49,481 nt of DNA from a bacterium (GTDB taxonomy: Bacteria; Margulisbacteria; Marinamargulisbacteria; SXXA01; JAHFDB01). The notes beneath the pieces were generated by a model. That model searched no databases. It worked only from the letters and a program-made list of their open reading frames with translations, and was not told where the DNA came from. Shown here piece after piece: positions 1 through 10,763 of the stretch. Numbering within the stretch: the stretch's first letter is position 1; every line of letters starts with the position of its first letter. The stretch is taken from assembly GCA_023249195.1 (NCBI GenBank), contig JAHFDB010000006.1:1-49481 (forward strand), written 5' to 3'. A program made the translations under genes and the position numbers.

Positions 1-1
1 T

Positions 2-1654
2 AATTCAAATATTATCAACAATATTCGACTTTGGAATGAAGGACCTCTCAAACAAACATTTGGACAACTCCAGGAAATTCGACCCTATTATGAATTTAAT
101 AATATTGATGTAGATCGATACCAAACTGACCACGGGCTCGAACAAGTGTTGCTTTCTCCCCGTGAAATGAATATTTCTCAACTTCCAGACAAGGCCCAAA
201 CATGGGTCAATCAACACTTGGTTTACACCCACGGATACGGCGTCTGCATGTCACCTGTCAACGAAGTGAGTCCAGAAGGTTTGCCCCATTTTTACATTAA
301 AGACTTACCTCCTGTGTCTACCCTTTCGCTTACACTAGACAATCCTCAAATTTATTTCGGAGAAGCGCAAACCGAATACAGTATTGTGAATACAGGTCAA
401 CCTGAATTTGATTATCCTAAAGGCGATACCAATGTCTATAGTCAATATCAAAAAAAAGGAGGTGTTGCGCTTGACTCCTTCTTAAAGCGATTGGTCTATT
501 CCATTAAATTATCTGACCTCAATATGGTGATCAGTTCACTGGTGACACCTGAAAGTCGTCTTATTTACGATCGAGACATCCAAACTATTGTGTCTAAACT
601 GACACCTTTTATCACTTATGACAAAGACCCTTATCTTGTTGTGATTCCGGGGCATTTGGTTTGGATGATTGATGGGTATACCCTTTCAACCCGATTTCCT
701 TATTCTGAGCCGTTTAATGGCCACTGGAACTATATTCGCAATGCCGTCAAGGTCACGCTTGATGCCGGAACTGGAGATATTCATTTTTATATCGCAGATC
801 CTAAAGATCCTATCATTAGAGGTTATGCCCACCTTTTTCCAGGAACCTTTGAACCTTTTGCAAAAATGCCACTCGCGCTTCAAGACCATGTTCGATATCC
901 TAAAGGCCTTTTCTCTATCCAATCAAAACTTTACAGCACCTATCACATGACAGACCCTCAGGTGTTTTATAACAGAGAGGATATTTGGGCTCTTCCTAAA
1001 CGAGCGGTTGAAGGAAATTCGGCAGTTGGAGATGCGTATTACATGGTCACCAAAATCCCAGGTGAAACCCAAGAATCTTTTGTTCTGATGCAGCCCTTCA
1101 CACCTGCCAACAAAAGCAACCTTATCGCCTGGATTGGGGCCAAGTGCGATCGGGAAGATTATGGAAAGCTCAAGGTGTTTAAATTCCCTAAAGAACGTAC
1201 CCTTTATGGACCTGAACAAATCGAGTCTCGCATCGATCAAGACACTGAAATTTCTCAAAAACTAACACTTTGGGGACAAGTGGGATCTCGTGTTATCCGA
1301 GGAGACCTCTTAGTGATTCCTATTCAAGATTCTGTTATCTATGTTCAGCCCGTTTATCTTCAAGCCACTAACGGAAAACTGCCCGAGTTAAAACGCGTTA
1401 TTTTTGCTTATCGCGACGATATCGTCATGGCACAAGACTTAGACTCTGCCATGCGAAGTGTTTTCGACACGCAAAGAACAAGCTCTGATAAACTTCAGCC
1501 TAATCTTTCTGAAGCAAAAAAAACAAATGATCCATTTAACTCAAAATTAAGTGCCCTTAAAAAAACTTTTTTTGAACTCAAAAAGGCCGCAAGCCAAGGA
1601 CAGTGGGCCGAGTTTGGAAAAGCACTTGAAACTATCCAAAAACTTTTAGACTAA
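2..1654 (+). CDS. UPF0182 family membrane protein, 5'-truncated by window edge
   Basis: Frame is open from base 2 (NIRLWNEGPL..QLQEIRPYYEF..DVDRY); family motifs HLVYTHGYG, DPYLVV, YIRNAVK, FYNREDIW, GPEQIESRIDQD, LPELKRVI. Confidence 0.9.
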   Translation, partial: NSNIINNIRLWNEGPLKQTFGQLQEIRPYYEFNNIDVDRYQTDHGLEQVLLSPREMNISQLPDKAQTWVNQHLVYTHGYGVCMSPVNEVSPEGLPHFYIKDLPPVSTLSLTLDNPQIYFGEAQTEYSIVNTGQPEFDYPKGDTNVYSQYQKKGGVALDSFLKRLVYSIKLSDLNMVISSLVTPESRLIYDRDIQTIVSKLTPFITYDKDPYLVVIPGHLVWMIDGYTLSTRFPYSEPFNGHWNYIRNAVKVTLDAGTGDIHFYIADPKDPIIRGYAHLFPGTFEPFAKMPLALQDHVRYPKGLFSIQSKLYSTYHMTDPQVFYNREDIWALPKRAVEGNSAVGDAYYMVTKIPGETQESFVLMQPFTPANKSNLIAWIGAKCDREDYGKLKVFKFPKERTLYGPEQIESRIDQDTEISQKLTLWGQVGSRVIRGDLLVIPIQDSVIYVQPVYLQATNGKLPELKRVIFAYRDDIVMAQDLDSAMRSVFDTQRTSSDKLQPNLSEAKKTNDPFNSKLSALKKTFFELKKAASQGQWAEFGKALETIQKLLD

Positions 1655-1665
1655 AGGAGCCTATA

Positions 1666-2130
1666 ATGCTTGAACCCGGTAAACTTGCCCCCGCCTTTTC
1701 ATTAAAAGATGAGCAAGGAAAAATACGCACACTTGAAGAATTTAGAGGGAAAAACGTCGTTCTCTATTTCTATCCGAAAGATGATACTCCCGGTTGCACC
1801 CGTGAAGCGATAGGTTTTACACACCTCAAAGTTGAATTTGAGAAACAACATGCCATTGTTTTGGGATTGTCTAAAGACAGCGTCGACTCTCATCAGAAAT
1901 TTTGCATCAAACATGCTCTCGATGTGATCTTATTGAGCGACCCAGATGGCAAAACTGTGGAGGCCTACGATGTTTGGAAAGAGAAAAATCTCTACGGAAA
2001 AGTATCTATGGGAATTGTACGTACAACCGTCTTGATTAATGAAGAAGGGGTTATCTCCCAAGTATGGTCCAATGTTAAAGTGGATGGCCATGCCGAAGCC
2101 GTTTTAGAGGCTATCAAAGCACCCCAATAG
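1666..2130 (+). CDS. bcp: Peroxiredoxin Bcp/PrxQ
   Basis: VVLYFYPKDDTPGCTREA motif; AAGGAG RBS upstream. Confidence 0.93.
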   Translation: MLEPGKLAPAFSLKDEQGKIRTLEEFRGKNVVLYFYPKDDTPGCTREAIGFTHLKVEFEKQHAIVLGLSKDSVDSHQKFCIKHALDVILLSDPDGKTVEAYDVWKEKNLYGKVSMGIVRTTVLINEEGVISQVWSNVKVDGHAEAVLEAIKAPQ

Positions 2131-2673
2131 ATGAAAGACGCTTACCACGAAATTTTAAAAAGCATCGGAGAAGATCCCCATCGTGAAGGTCTTATTAACA
2201 CGCCTTCCCGTGCTGCAAAAGCCATGGCCCACCTTACACAAGGTTATCATCAAAATTTAGATGATATCGTCAATGGTGCTATTTTTGAGTCTGAAATGGA
2301 CGAAATGGTCATCGTAAAAGATATCGAACTTTATTCTCTTTGTGAACATCATTTGTTGCCCTTTTTTGGAAAATGTCATGTCGCTTATCTTCCTGAGGGT
2401 AAAATTATTGGCCTTTCAAAAATTGCGCGCATTGTCGATGTCTTTGCAAAACGGCTTCAGGTTCAAGAAAACCTTACGACCCAAATTGCCAAGGCTATTT
2501 CACACTATACCCAGGCTAAAACCGTAGGGGTGGTTATCGAAGCAGAGCATTTGTGCATGAAAATGCGTGGGGTTGAAAAACAAAACTCTGTTATGACCAC
2601 CTCGTGTATGCTAGGTGGATTTAGAAAAAATACGGGTACTCGTGCTGAATTTCTAAGCCTTATTCAACGATAA
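2131..2673 (+). CDS. folE: GTP cyclohydrolase I
   Basis: [45 protein letters not shown]. Confidence 0.97.
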   Translation: MKDAYHEILKSIGEDPHREGLINTPSRAAKAMAHLTQGYHQNLDDIVNGAIFESEMDEMVIVKDIELYSLCEHHLLPFFGKCHVAYLPEGKIIGLSKIARIVDVFAKRLQVQENLTTQIAKAISHYTQAKTVGVVIEAEHLCMKMRGVEKQNSVMTTSCMLGGFRKNTGTRAEFLSLIQR

Positions 2674-2677
2674 GCCT

Positions 2678-3454
2678 ATGCCACATCTTACCCTGAGTAA
2701 ACGTTTTGAATTTTGTGCTGCCCATCGACTCTATAACGAAGACTGGTCTAAAGAGAAAAATATCGAATACTATGGCGCAGAGAGTTTTTCCCCAGGACAT
2801 GGACATAATTATACCTTACACACCCTATTTACTGGCCCAATGGACCCTAGAACAGGAATGGTCAAAGAACTTTCTCAAGTCAAAACTTTTGTGAATAAGC
2901 AGCTGCTCGATCATGTCGACCATTACTTTTTAAATGAGTTCCCAGAATTCAAAAAAATAGTGCCGACAACAGAAGCGTTTTGTGCCTATTTATTTGCAAA
3001 AGCCCAACCCCTTTTTACACAAAATGGACTCAGACTTGAGGCCTGTCACCTTATAGAACATCCAGAGAAAACAGTTTGGTATCCTGAAAATTTATATAGC
3101 CCCTATCAAAATGAAGATCACAGCCATACTTTCTATCTCATTGCTTCTCATTCACTCTATAATCCTTCATTGACCCCTGAAGAAAACAAGGATTGTTTTG
3201 GAAAATGCACCCGATTTCATGGGCATAATTTCACCCTTACCTTTACCACGCTAGGCCCTATTACCCCTTATCTTTCCAGGATTGAAGCCATTCTGGCACC
3301 CCTGCAATATCGCTCGCTATGTGAGAGCATCCCCATGCCCAGCTGCGAAAATGTGATTGATTATTTTTGGAAAAAAAGTGCAGAGATTATGCCCCTCACG
3401 ATGATAAAACTGTGTGAAACCCCTAGTAATACTTTTATTCTAAGAAAGTCATAA
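2678..3454 (+). CDS. Dual-domain 6-pyruvoyl-tetrahydropterin synthase / QueD-like protein
   Basis: Two T-fold repeats: AAHRL..HGHNY..PTTE and ASHSL..CTRFHGHNF..SCEN..ET; directly follows folE. Confidence 0.85.
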   Translation: MPHLTLSKRFEFCAAHRLYNEDWSKEKNIEYYGAESFSPGHGHNYTLHTLFTGPMDPRTGMVKELSQVKTFVNKQLLDHVDHYFLNEFPEFKKIVPTTEAFCAYLFAKAQPLFTQNGLRLEACHLIEHPEKTVWYPENLYSPYQNEDHSHTFYLIASHSLYNPSLTPEENKDCFGKCTRFHGHNFTLTFTTLGPITPYLSRIEAILAPLQYRSLCESIPMPSCENVIDYFWKKSAEIMPLTMIKLCETPSNTFILRKS

Positions 3455-4220
3455 CCTGTTGGGTAACAGACTTTGAGTAAAGCCCTGGATACCCCACGAC
3501 TTCGGAAACAGGCATAATACCCATTAAAGAGTTTGTTAAAAAAAGTTCTTCAAATTCTGTCAATTCGGAATGGTCTATTCGGCACTCTTCGACAACATAC
3601 CCATTTTTTCGGCACTTCTCAATCAGAACGTGCCGTATAATTCCCGGCAAAATCTGCCCCAAGCGCGGGGAAAACAGTGTGCGCCCCTTAACAAAAAATA
3701 CATTTGATACCGTCGATTCCAACACTTCGCCCGACTCAGAATACAAAATGACATCATCTCCGTCCTCTAGGTGACGTTTTTCATAAACAGGGCGAATATA
3801 GGCCAATGTTTTATGCGTATCAAATACCGTTCTGGCACAAAAATCTTGTTTAAGACTAAGCCTTTGTGACACTTGAAGCGGTGGGAATGGACGCATCACC
3901 ATGGCCAGTTGAGAGGGCCCAAAGACAACTCCCTGCTGACGAACCCCGGCGGTTAAATAAAGGTTCAATACCGCCTCTTGAAGTCCGTTTATCTTGATTA
4001 AAGCCGCTATTTGCGACTCAATTTTGTCATAATCAAAAGAATAGTCTATTCCTAAAAAACGCACCGTCTGGGACATACGCTCAAGATGGAGAAACACATG
4101 CTGAGCCTCTCCAGCGGCTATTTTTAAAGTTTCAAACGCTCCATATCCATATAAAAACCCTGCGTCTTGAATGGGGAGTACCAACGAGTCAACCAGTTTG
4201 CCATCGAGTGAGGCTAACAT
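3435..4220 (-). CDS. PLP-dependent aminotransferase class IV (PabC/IlvE-like)
   Basis: [22 protein letters not shown]...SNVF, ILPGIIR, FLTNS motifs. Confidence 0.85.
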   Translation of the reverse strand: MLASLDGKLVDSLVLPIQDAGFLYGYGAFETLKIAAGEAQHVFLHLERMSQTVRFLGIDYSFDYDKIESQIAALIKINGLQEAVLNLYLTAGVRQQGVVFGPSQLAMVMRPFPPLQVSQRLSLKQDFCARTVFDTHKTLAYIRPVYEKRHLEDGDDVILYSESGEVLESTVSNVFFVKGRTLFSPRLGQILPGIIRHVLIEKCRKNGYVVEECRIDHSELTEFEELFLTNSLMGIMPVSEVVGYPGLYSKSVTQQVMTFLE

Positions 4221-6142
4221 GTCGCCTGCATTTTGAGGGCCAAGTCGTCCATAATACCCGGATTCGACAACGTGGTGGTGTCTCCGGCAGCCTTCCCTTC
4301 AGCTAAATTTTTAAGCAGACGCCGCATAATTTTACCGCTTCTTGTCTTAGGTAATTCCGGTGTAAATATAATTTTTTGTGGTTTCGCAATAGCGCCAATT
4401 TCTTGCGAGACATGTGCGATTAATTCCTTGGATAAAATCTCAGAAGCAGAGACTCCTTCTGTTAAAGTTACAAAGGCTAAAATGGCCTGGCCTTTGACAA
4501 GGTCGGGCATTCCCACAACGGCAGCCTCTGCAACACCTTCGTGACCCACTAAAGCACTTTCTACCTCCATTGTTCCAATGCGATGTCCAGCCACGTTTAA
4601 AACATCATCTACCCTGCCCAAAACCATCACATATCCATCTTCATCCACAGTTGCCCCATCGCCAGCAAAATAGGTTTCAAACTGACTCCAATATACCGAT
4701 TCAAATCGATCCGAATCTCCCCAAATTCCCCGTAGCATCGAGGGCCATGGTTGAGTCAGTGACAACAGCCCCCCCCCAGATGTTATTTCGTTTCCTCGTT
4801 CATCCAATACTTTAGCCTCAATACCAGGCAACGGCAGCCCGGCACGACCGGGTTTCATGGCATGAAGACCAGGTAATGTTGTAATCATAATGCCGCCTGT
4901 TTCAGTTTGCCACCATGTATCCACAATGGGGCATCGAGACTGGCCGATCACTTCGTAATACCACACCCATGCTTCTGGATTAATGGGCTCACCTACCGTT
5001 CCCAATAACCTCAGCGAGCTTAAATCATGCTTGTCAGGATAATCCCGTCCCCACTTCATAAAACTTCTAATGGCTGTGGGTGCCGTATATAAAATGCTTA
5101 CCTTATGCCTTGCAACAATACCCCAAAACCGGTCAAAGTCCGGATAATCAGGCGACCCTTCATACATCATCACAGTGGAACCATTCGACAAAGGTCCGTA
5201 GATCACATAGGTATGTCCTGTTATCCAGCCTATATCTGCGGTACACCAATAGATATCTTCGTCCTTGAGGTCAAAAACAACTTTGGTTGAATATTTAGCG
5301 TGGGTTAAATAGCCCCCTGTTGTATGCACAATTCCTTTCGGTTTTCCTGTGGTTCCAGAGGTGTACAAAATAAACAAAGGGTCTTCACTGTCCATCGACT
5401 CTGGCTTCATAAAATGAGGTTCTTCCATGACCTGGCTATACGCCACATCGCGACCTTCTACCCAAGCAATAGTCTCTCCAGTATGCCGAACCACTAAAAC
5501 AGTCTTTATCGGTGTATCTGGGTCCGATAGAGCCACATCTACCATTTCTTTTAAGGGAATTATTTTTCCTCGGCGATAACCCCCATCTGCAGTCATTAAA
5601 AGACTGGACTGAGAATCTAAAATGCGGTCTTTTAGTGAAGCTGAGCTAAAACCACCAAAAACCACACTGTGAATCGCGCCAATTCGGGCACAGGCTAACA
5701 CGGCTATCGCTAATTCTGGAATCAAGGGCATATACAGGGTTACTCGGTCTCCTTTTTGAACACCAAAACGGTGTCTCAATTGAAAAGCTAGTGTATTTAC
5801 TTTTTCATATAATGCTTGATACGAATAGGTACGAACTTCGCCATTTTCACCTTCCCAAATGAAGGCTGTTTGGTTCGCTTTTGTCGCCAAGTGTACATCT
5901 AAGCAATTTTCAGATGCATTGAGTTTCCCCCCCTCAAACCATGTGGCATAGGGACGTTTCCAATCTAAAACCTGATTCCAAGGCTGGTGCCACAACAATT
6001 TTTTTGCCTGAGATTCCCAAAATGAAAGCCGATCCTGATGGGCCTGCTCATATAAAGTCTGGGTGGACACATTCGATTGTGAAGAAAACGAGTTTCTTGG
6101 GTAAAAAACACGGGATTCATGTAACAAGGTTTCAATAGACAT
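4214..6142 (-). CDS. acs: Acetate--CoA ligase
   Basis: [49 protein letters not shown]. Confidence 0.97.
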   Translation of the reverse strand: MSIETLLHESRVFYPRNSFSSQSNVSTQTLYEQAHQDRLSFWESQAKKLLWHQPWNQVLDWKRPYATWFEGGKLNASENCLDVHLATKANQTAFIWEGENGEVRTYSYQALYEKVNTLAFQLRHRFGVQKGDRVTLYMPLIPELAIAVLACARIGAIHSVVFGGFSSASLKDRILDSQSSLLMTADGGYRRGKIIPLKEMVDVALSDPDTPIKTVLVVRHTGETIAWVEGRDVAYSQVMEEPHFMKPESMDSEDPLFILYTSGTTGKPKGIVHTTGGYLTHAKYSTKVVFDLKDEDIYWCTADIGWITGHTYVIYGPLSNGSTVMMYEGSPDYPDFDRFWGIVARHKVSILYTAPTAIRSFMKWGRDYPDKHDLSSLRLLGTVGEPINPEAWVWYYEVIGQSRCPIVDTWWQTETGGIMITTLPGLHAMKPGRAGLPLPGIEAKVLDERGNEITSGGGLLSLTQPWPSMLRGIWGDSDRFESVYWSQFETYFAGDGATVDEDGYVMVLGRVDDVLNVAGHRIGTMEVESALVGHEGVAEAAVVGMPDLVKGQAILAFVTLTEGVSASEILSKELIAHVSQEIGAIAKPQKIIFTPELPKTRSGKIMRRLLKNLAEGKAAGDTTTLSNPGIMDDLALKMQATC

Positions 6143-6165
6143 GGGCGCCCTCTCTACCTAGACAT

Positions 6166-6603
6166 TTAATGGGATTTCTTTGTACACTTTCCACACTGAC
6201 CATAAAGATGTAAAGAACGATATTCGGGAGTAAACTCCATCTTCTCACAAATTTTCTCTAAATAGTCTTCTATTACAGATTCTTTTATCTCAAAGATTTT
6301 TCCGCACGTATTGCAAATTAAATGATCATGCTGTTTTTCTGGAACACGCCGTTCGTAATAGACTTTCCCCTCTTTTGTAGAAATCTTTTGCAACAACCCG
6401 GCTTCCAGTAACTGTTTAATGGTTCTGTATACCGTTGCCCGAGAAAATTTATTGTCTTCAGATCTCAATTTATCAATAAAAGTTTCGACCTCAAAATGAG
6501 ATCTTACTTTGAAAATTTCGTCTGCGATGGCCCTTTTTTGTGACGTATAACGCCCCTCGTGAGTCTCTAGATACGTTTCAAATACTTTGTGTGGATTTTT
6601 CAT
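6166..6603 (-). CDS. Fur family transcriptional regulator
   Basis: SRATVYRT helix, HDHLICNTCG and C-terminal CxxC. Confidence 0.92.
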   Translation of the reverse strand: MKNPHKVFETYLETHEGRYTSQKRAIADEIFKVRSHFEVETFIDKLRSEDNKFSRATVYRTIKQLLEAGLLQKISTKEGKVYYERRVPEKQHDHLICNTCGKIFEIKESVIEDYLEKICEKMEFTPEYRSLHLYGQCGKCTKKSH

Positions 6604-7007
6604 CAGTGGTCCCCTTGATGATGAGAAATAGAGGCTATTTTGACGTCGATAGTCTTAATATGAATGACCAACTTGTCAATAAACATGCGAATCGCAAAGT
6701 ATAATTTAGCCGGAGAAAATCCAGAATCAAAATCATGCCTAAGACTAAATACACGGGCCTTAAAAATGTCATGATCTTCTTTATGATGAGAATATCCCTC
6801 AAAGTGATGGGCTAACATCAGGTTTTCTTCTTCTGAAAAGTGGGTGTCAACATAATGTTCTAAAAAGAGGATAATCGATTCTATTTTGTCCAAAGAATTG
6901 GCGTGGATTGCTGAATCCAACATTGACACCAACTGAAAGAGTTCTTGATGTTGATTGTCAATCGATTCATGGCCAATTTTAAGATCATTTGTCCACTGTG
7001 CGCCCAT
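6603..7007 (-). CDS. Bacteriohemerythrin
   Basis: W...L.IG..IDNQH, HFSEEE, HHKEDH, HI...D di-iron ligand pattern. Confidence 0.92.
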   Translation of the reverse strand: MGAQWTNDLKIGHESIDNQHQELFQLVSMLDSAIHANSLDKIESIILFLEHYVDTHFSEEENLMLAHHFEGYSHHKEDHDIFKARVFSLRHDFDSGFSPAKLYFAIRMFIDKLVIHIKTIDVKIASISHHQGDH

Positions 7008-7026
7008 GCGCTATAAAGTAGCATAA

Positions 7027-7590
7027 TTATAGATAATACGTCACGCCCAAGCTATAGTTTTTCAAACTAGAAGAGGTCATTACTGCGGCATCCCAGCTGT
7101 CGTTAAAATGATGAAGAACCCCATAGTAGGTAGAAGAAGAAAATGCAGATTCCCCACCTACCGATAAATCAGACCAAATAAGTTTTACAAAAGGCCTTGT
7201 TTCATTATGAGGAGCAATGTAAAAACTCACAGTGGTGTCTCCACCCGTAGATTGAATTGAATTTAACTCATTATTGGGATCACGATGAGACTCAGAAATA
7301 AAAGACCTGCCTACTTTTAGGTCTCCAATAACCACATGATAGTTAAAATTCAAAAACACAGAAAAAGATTGACTCTGTTGATAATTCTGTGAAAAACTTC
7401 TACCAGAAAGTCCAATTTCCCAGTACTTAGTGATGCCATAGGCCCCCCCATAATTGAGACGAGATAGTCGATTTGGGCCTAACTCATAGGACATTTCTAC
7501 AGAGGTTCTTTCTCTTGGCGTTTGAATAAATCCAAACACAGAAGACCCTATAACCCCACACAAAATCACCATACAGAACACTTTTTTCAT
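7027..7590 (-). CDS. Hypothetical secreted protein, probable small outer-membrane beta-barrel
   Basis: Signal peptide MKKVFCMVIL..; alternating beta strands; C-terminal YSLGVTYYL; AGGAG RBS. Confidence 0.6.
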   Translation of the reverse strand: MKKVFCMVILCGVIGSSVFGFIQTPRERTSVEMSYELGPNRLSRLNYGGAYGITKYWEIGLSGRSFSQNYQQSQSFSVFLNFNYHVVIGDLKVGRSFISESHRDPNNELNSIQSTGGDTTVSFYIAPHNETRPFVKLIWSDLSVGGESAFSSSTYYGVLHHFNDSWDAAVMTSSSLKNYSLGVTYYL

Positions 7591-7621
7591 ACAAACTCCT
7601 TATTTTAGTCTTATTACATCA

Positions 7622-7650
7622 TTATCGAAAAAAGATTGGCATTTATTTCA
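7622..7650 (-). promoter_or_regulatory. TGAAAT-N17-CGATAA motif copy 1 (putative sigma28-like promoter)
   Basis: Minus strand TGAAAT AAATGCCAATCTTTTTT CGATAA, 31 nt before ATG at 7590; same spacing as copies at 38868 and 46745. Confidence 0.6.
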
Positions 7651-7671
7651 AAGAAAAGTAGTATAAAGGCA

Positions 7672-9876
7672 ATGAAAAAAATGGGTATTCTTTTAGGACT
7701 TGCACTTTCTCTACAAGTGTCCGTAGCACCCCTCCATTTTGTACCTGGAGAAGTCCTCATTAGAACAAAAGAACCTCTGTCAAATTTCCAAACTGCTTCT
7801 ATCCATACCGCCACACTTGATCCCATTCTGAGAAAATACTATATCAAACAAATGATAAATTTGGATACCAATACTGCTGAAAACTTGAAGATTCAAGCAG
7901 AAAGCACTCCCTTTAAGTCAGAATTAATCTATAAATTTACGCTTCAAAGTCCCACAGAAGATGTTCTTGCCGTTGTCAAAGACCTTTCTCGGGCTCCTGA
8001 AATTCTGTGGGCTCAGCCCAACTATGTATATCACACCTGCCTCACGCCTAATGATACCGAGTTTTTTAGGCAGTGGGGAATGCAGACTATTCAGGCCCCT
8101 GAAGCTTGGGATTTAACCACCGGAGATGCCACTGTCAAAATTGCTATTATTGATACAGGTATTGATAGCACGCATTCTGATTTAAGCACTAAAATTATTG
8201 AGGGAAAAGACACGATTGATAATTTAAATAACATAACAGACCAAGCCGGACATGGAACCCATGTGTCAGGCATTGCAGCCGCCATTACAAACAATAGCAA
8301 CGGAGTTTCTGGTGTCGGGTTCAATTGCAGCCTTATGCCCATTAAAGCCGGCAACAGCGACGGAAATTTTTCAAGTCAAAGCATTAAATCTGGCTTAAAT
8401 TATGCCACGAACCACCATGCCAGTGTCATTAATATGAGCTTTATTTCTGAAGATCCCAATGTAGAAGATAATGACATTAAATTAGGTGTCGATACCGCAT
8501 TTTCCGCAGGCATTCCTATGGTTGCTGCAGCTGGAAACTCGAGTACCAATATTCTTATTAACCAGCTTTATCCTGCGTCTTACACAAAAGTTCTCTCGGT
8601 CAGTGCGATCAAGTCAGATGGCACTTTCGATTCTCGGTACAGTAATTTTGGGAAAATAGACCTAGCTGCACCAGGAACAGCTATCCCCTCAACTTATCCC
8701 GGCAATCAATACGCCTTTGAAACGGGCACTTCTATGGCCGCACCCCATGTAACGGGTTTAATCGGGCTTATTAAATCTGTATCTCCTAATATTTCACTTG
8801 CTGCCCTATATAAACTTATTACCCAAAATGCCACAGATGCTGGCCCTGCGGGATTTGATGCCCAATATGGACATGGCATCATTAATGCACGGGCAACACT
8901 TCTTGCACTAGACAAAGCCGCCCCGGTTATTACAGCAAGAGCCCAATGTCCGACACAAAATATTAATACCCCGCTTCTTATTACGGCCAATGTTACCGAT
9001 GATATTAATTGGAATAACAGGCCTTCAGTTACGCTTAACTATCAGTTTTTTCAAAATTCAACGTCTATAGGTAATCTTCATGCTCTCAAGATGACCAAAT
9101 CTCGCTCCCTATATAGGGCCATTGTTCCTACGCCTTCTCCGCTCATTACAAAAGTAACCTATTTTTTTGTGGCTGAAGACCCTGTCTCCCACAGAACCAC
9201 CTTCCCGCTCCTGGGGGGCAATGCCGCACTCTCCTTTGCCATTTCAGACACAACAGGGCCCGTCATCACGACCTCTTATCAGAGCCAAGATTTTTACACA
9301 CCCGGATCAGATCTCCACTTTACGATTACAGACAATATTGGCGTAAGCGCGAACACACTTCGGGTTACTGTCCAATCTACTTTAGGAAGCACTGCGTATG
9401 CCTACCCTACAGACTCTCAACTCCAATTAAGTCAAGGAACTCTGACCCTATCAAATAGCATTTTGCCTCATTCAGGAAATTTTACGGTTCAAATTCGTGT
9501 TCAAGATATCAATCACAATAGCTCAGAAATGTCTCTCAGCCTGCTACAAACCCAAGAATTTACTTTATCGGGCCCTCAGACCAATCAAAGTAAAGTGATC
9601 AATGGTCCAAACCCTTTTAATCCAGATAAAGAATGGACTTACATAGGTTACCAAATCAGCCAAGACGCAGCTGTCTCTATCTCAATTTATTCGCTTAATT
9701 TACAGCTTGTCAAACAATTTTCTCTCCAAGATAGCGCAGGTTATCACGAAGTATCGTGGAACGGAAAAGACGACTCTGGGGACACTGTTCCAAACGGGGT
9801 TTATATGATGATCATTCAGGCAAAGTCAGGTGGTAAAACCATTACAAAACAGAATAAAATAGCGGTACTCAGATAG
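7672..9876 (+). CDS. Secreted S8 subtilisin-family serine protease with C-terminal FlgD-Ig-like domain
   Basis: Catalytic IDTG, HGTHVSG, AAAGN, GTSMAAPHV; signal peptide from ATG 7672 (ORF track starts at 7636); C-terminal NGPNPFNP..WNGKDDSG..VPNGVY. Confidence 0.92.
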   Translation: MKKMGILLGLALSLQVSVAPLHFVPGEVLIRTKEPLSNFQTASIHTATLDPILRKYYIKQMINLDTNTAENLKIQAESTPFKSELIYKFTLQSPTEDVLAVVKDLSRAPEILWAQPNYVYHTCLTPNDTEFFRQWGMQTIQAPEAWDLTTGDATVKIAIIDTGIDSTHSDLSTKIIEGKDTIDNLNNITDQAGHGTHVSGIAAAITNNSNGVSGVGFNCSLMPIKAGNSDGNFSSQSIKSGLNYATNHHASVINMSFISEDPNVEDNDIKLGVDTAFSAGIPMVAAAGNSSTNILINQLYPASYTKVLSVSAIKSDGTFDSRYSNFGKIDLAAPGTAIPSTYPGNQYAFETGTSMAAPHVTGLIGLIKSVSPNISLAALYKLITQNATDAGPAGFDAQYGHGIINARATLLALDKAAPVITARAQCPTQNINTPLLITANVTDDINWNNRPSVTLNYQFFQNSTSIGNLHALKMTKSRSLYRAIVPTPSPLITKVTYFFVAEDPVSHRTTFPLLGGNAALSFAISDTTGPVITTSYQSQDFYTPGSDLHFTITDNIGVSANTLRVTVQSTLGSTAYAYPTDSQLQLSQGTLTLSNSILPHSGNFTVQIRVQDINHNSSEMSLSLLQTQEFTLSGPQTNQSKVINGPNPFNPDKEWTYIGYQISQDAAVSISIYSLNLQLVKQFSLQDSAGYHEVSWNGKDDSGDTVPNGVYMMIIQAKSGGKTITKQNKIAVLR

Positions 9877-9881
9877 TCAGA

Positions 9882-10244
9882 CTACTCTAGAAAGAAAAAA
9901 CCTGCAAAACTGGCAATATCCTGCCCACCCTCTAAGAATAAAGAAGAAAAAATCTCCTCATAGTCATAGTCCCCATGGGGTGTAAAATGATGAGGGTCCA
10001 GTTTAAATTCTTCTAAGATATCCTCATGACAATAGTACACCATTCCATTGTCCACAAAAACCATATAAACAGGATCATTTTTAAGTTTATGTATGGAAGT
10101 AAGGTAGACTTTAATAACACGGTATATAGGAAGTCCGGTAGAGGGATGAGGTAACTCTAATTCAAGAAGTTTAGAAGAGGAACTGTAGCGAATCATATCC
10201 GCCCCTACTTCTTTTAAATGCAACACAACTGAAGTAAGAGACAT
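9882..10244 (-). CDS. Hypothetical protein
   Basis: 120-aa ORF filling the gap directly downstream of slyD on the same strand. Confidence 0.6.
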   Translation of the reverse strand: MSLTSVVLHLKEVGADMIRYSSSSKLLELELPHPSTGLPIYRVIKVYLTSIHKLKNDPVYMVFVDNGMVYYCHEDILEEFKLDPHHFTPHGDYDYEEIFSSLFLEGGQDIASFAGFFFLE

Positions 10245-10250
10245 AGAAAA

Positions 10251-10736
10251 CTAGTGGTGGTGATGTCCCTTAGAATGAACATGTCCATGCTCAATTTCTT
10301 CTGGAGTAGCAGGACGAACTGATTTGATTTCAACAGAAAAATGCAAGGTTTCACCTGCTAATGGATGATTGGCATCCATCATTACTTGGTCTTCCTGAAT
10401 TTCTTGCACTCTTAGTACAATTGGGCCATGTCCAGACTCGGTTTCAAGTTCTAAACCGACGTAAAGTTCTAAATCGTCAGGAAAGGCATCTCTTGGGAAA
10501 GGCTGTATCAAGTCTTGTTCCCAAAGACCATAACCCTCTTCTGGAAGTACCACCACAACCTGCTTATCTCCGACAGAAAGACCTTCGAGCGCAGATTCTA
10601 AACCAGGCACAATATTCTGATGCCCTTGTAAATACTCCAAAGCCTCATCTTCAGATTGATCAAGAAGAACCCCATTTGAATCTTGCAAGGTGTAAGTAAA
10701 ACCCACAACATTATTTTTAGAAACTTTGCCACTCAT
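10251..10736 (-). CDS. slyD: FKBP-type peptidyl-prolyl isomerase SlyD
   Basis: YLQGHQNIVPGLE, PEEGYG, DANHPLAGETL, His-rich tail HGHVHSKGHHHH; start placed at MSGKV (10736). Confidence 0.93.
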   Translation of the reverse strand: MSGKVSKNNVVGFTYTLQDSNGVLLDQSEDEALEYLQGHQNIVPGLESALEGLSVGDKQVVVVLPEEGYGLWEQDLIQPFPRDAFPDDLELYVGLELETESGHGPIVLRVQEIQEDQVMMDANHPLAGETLHFSVEIKSVRPATPEEIEHGHVHSKGHHHH

Positions 10737-10763
10737 AAGGTTTTCAAGTATACTCGTAATTCT

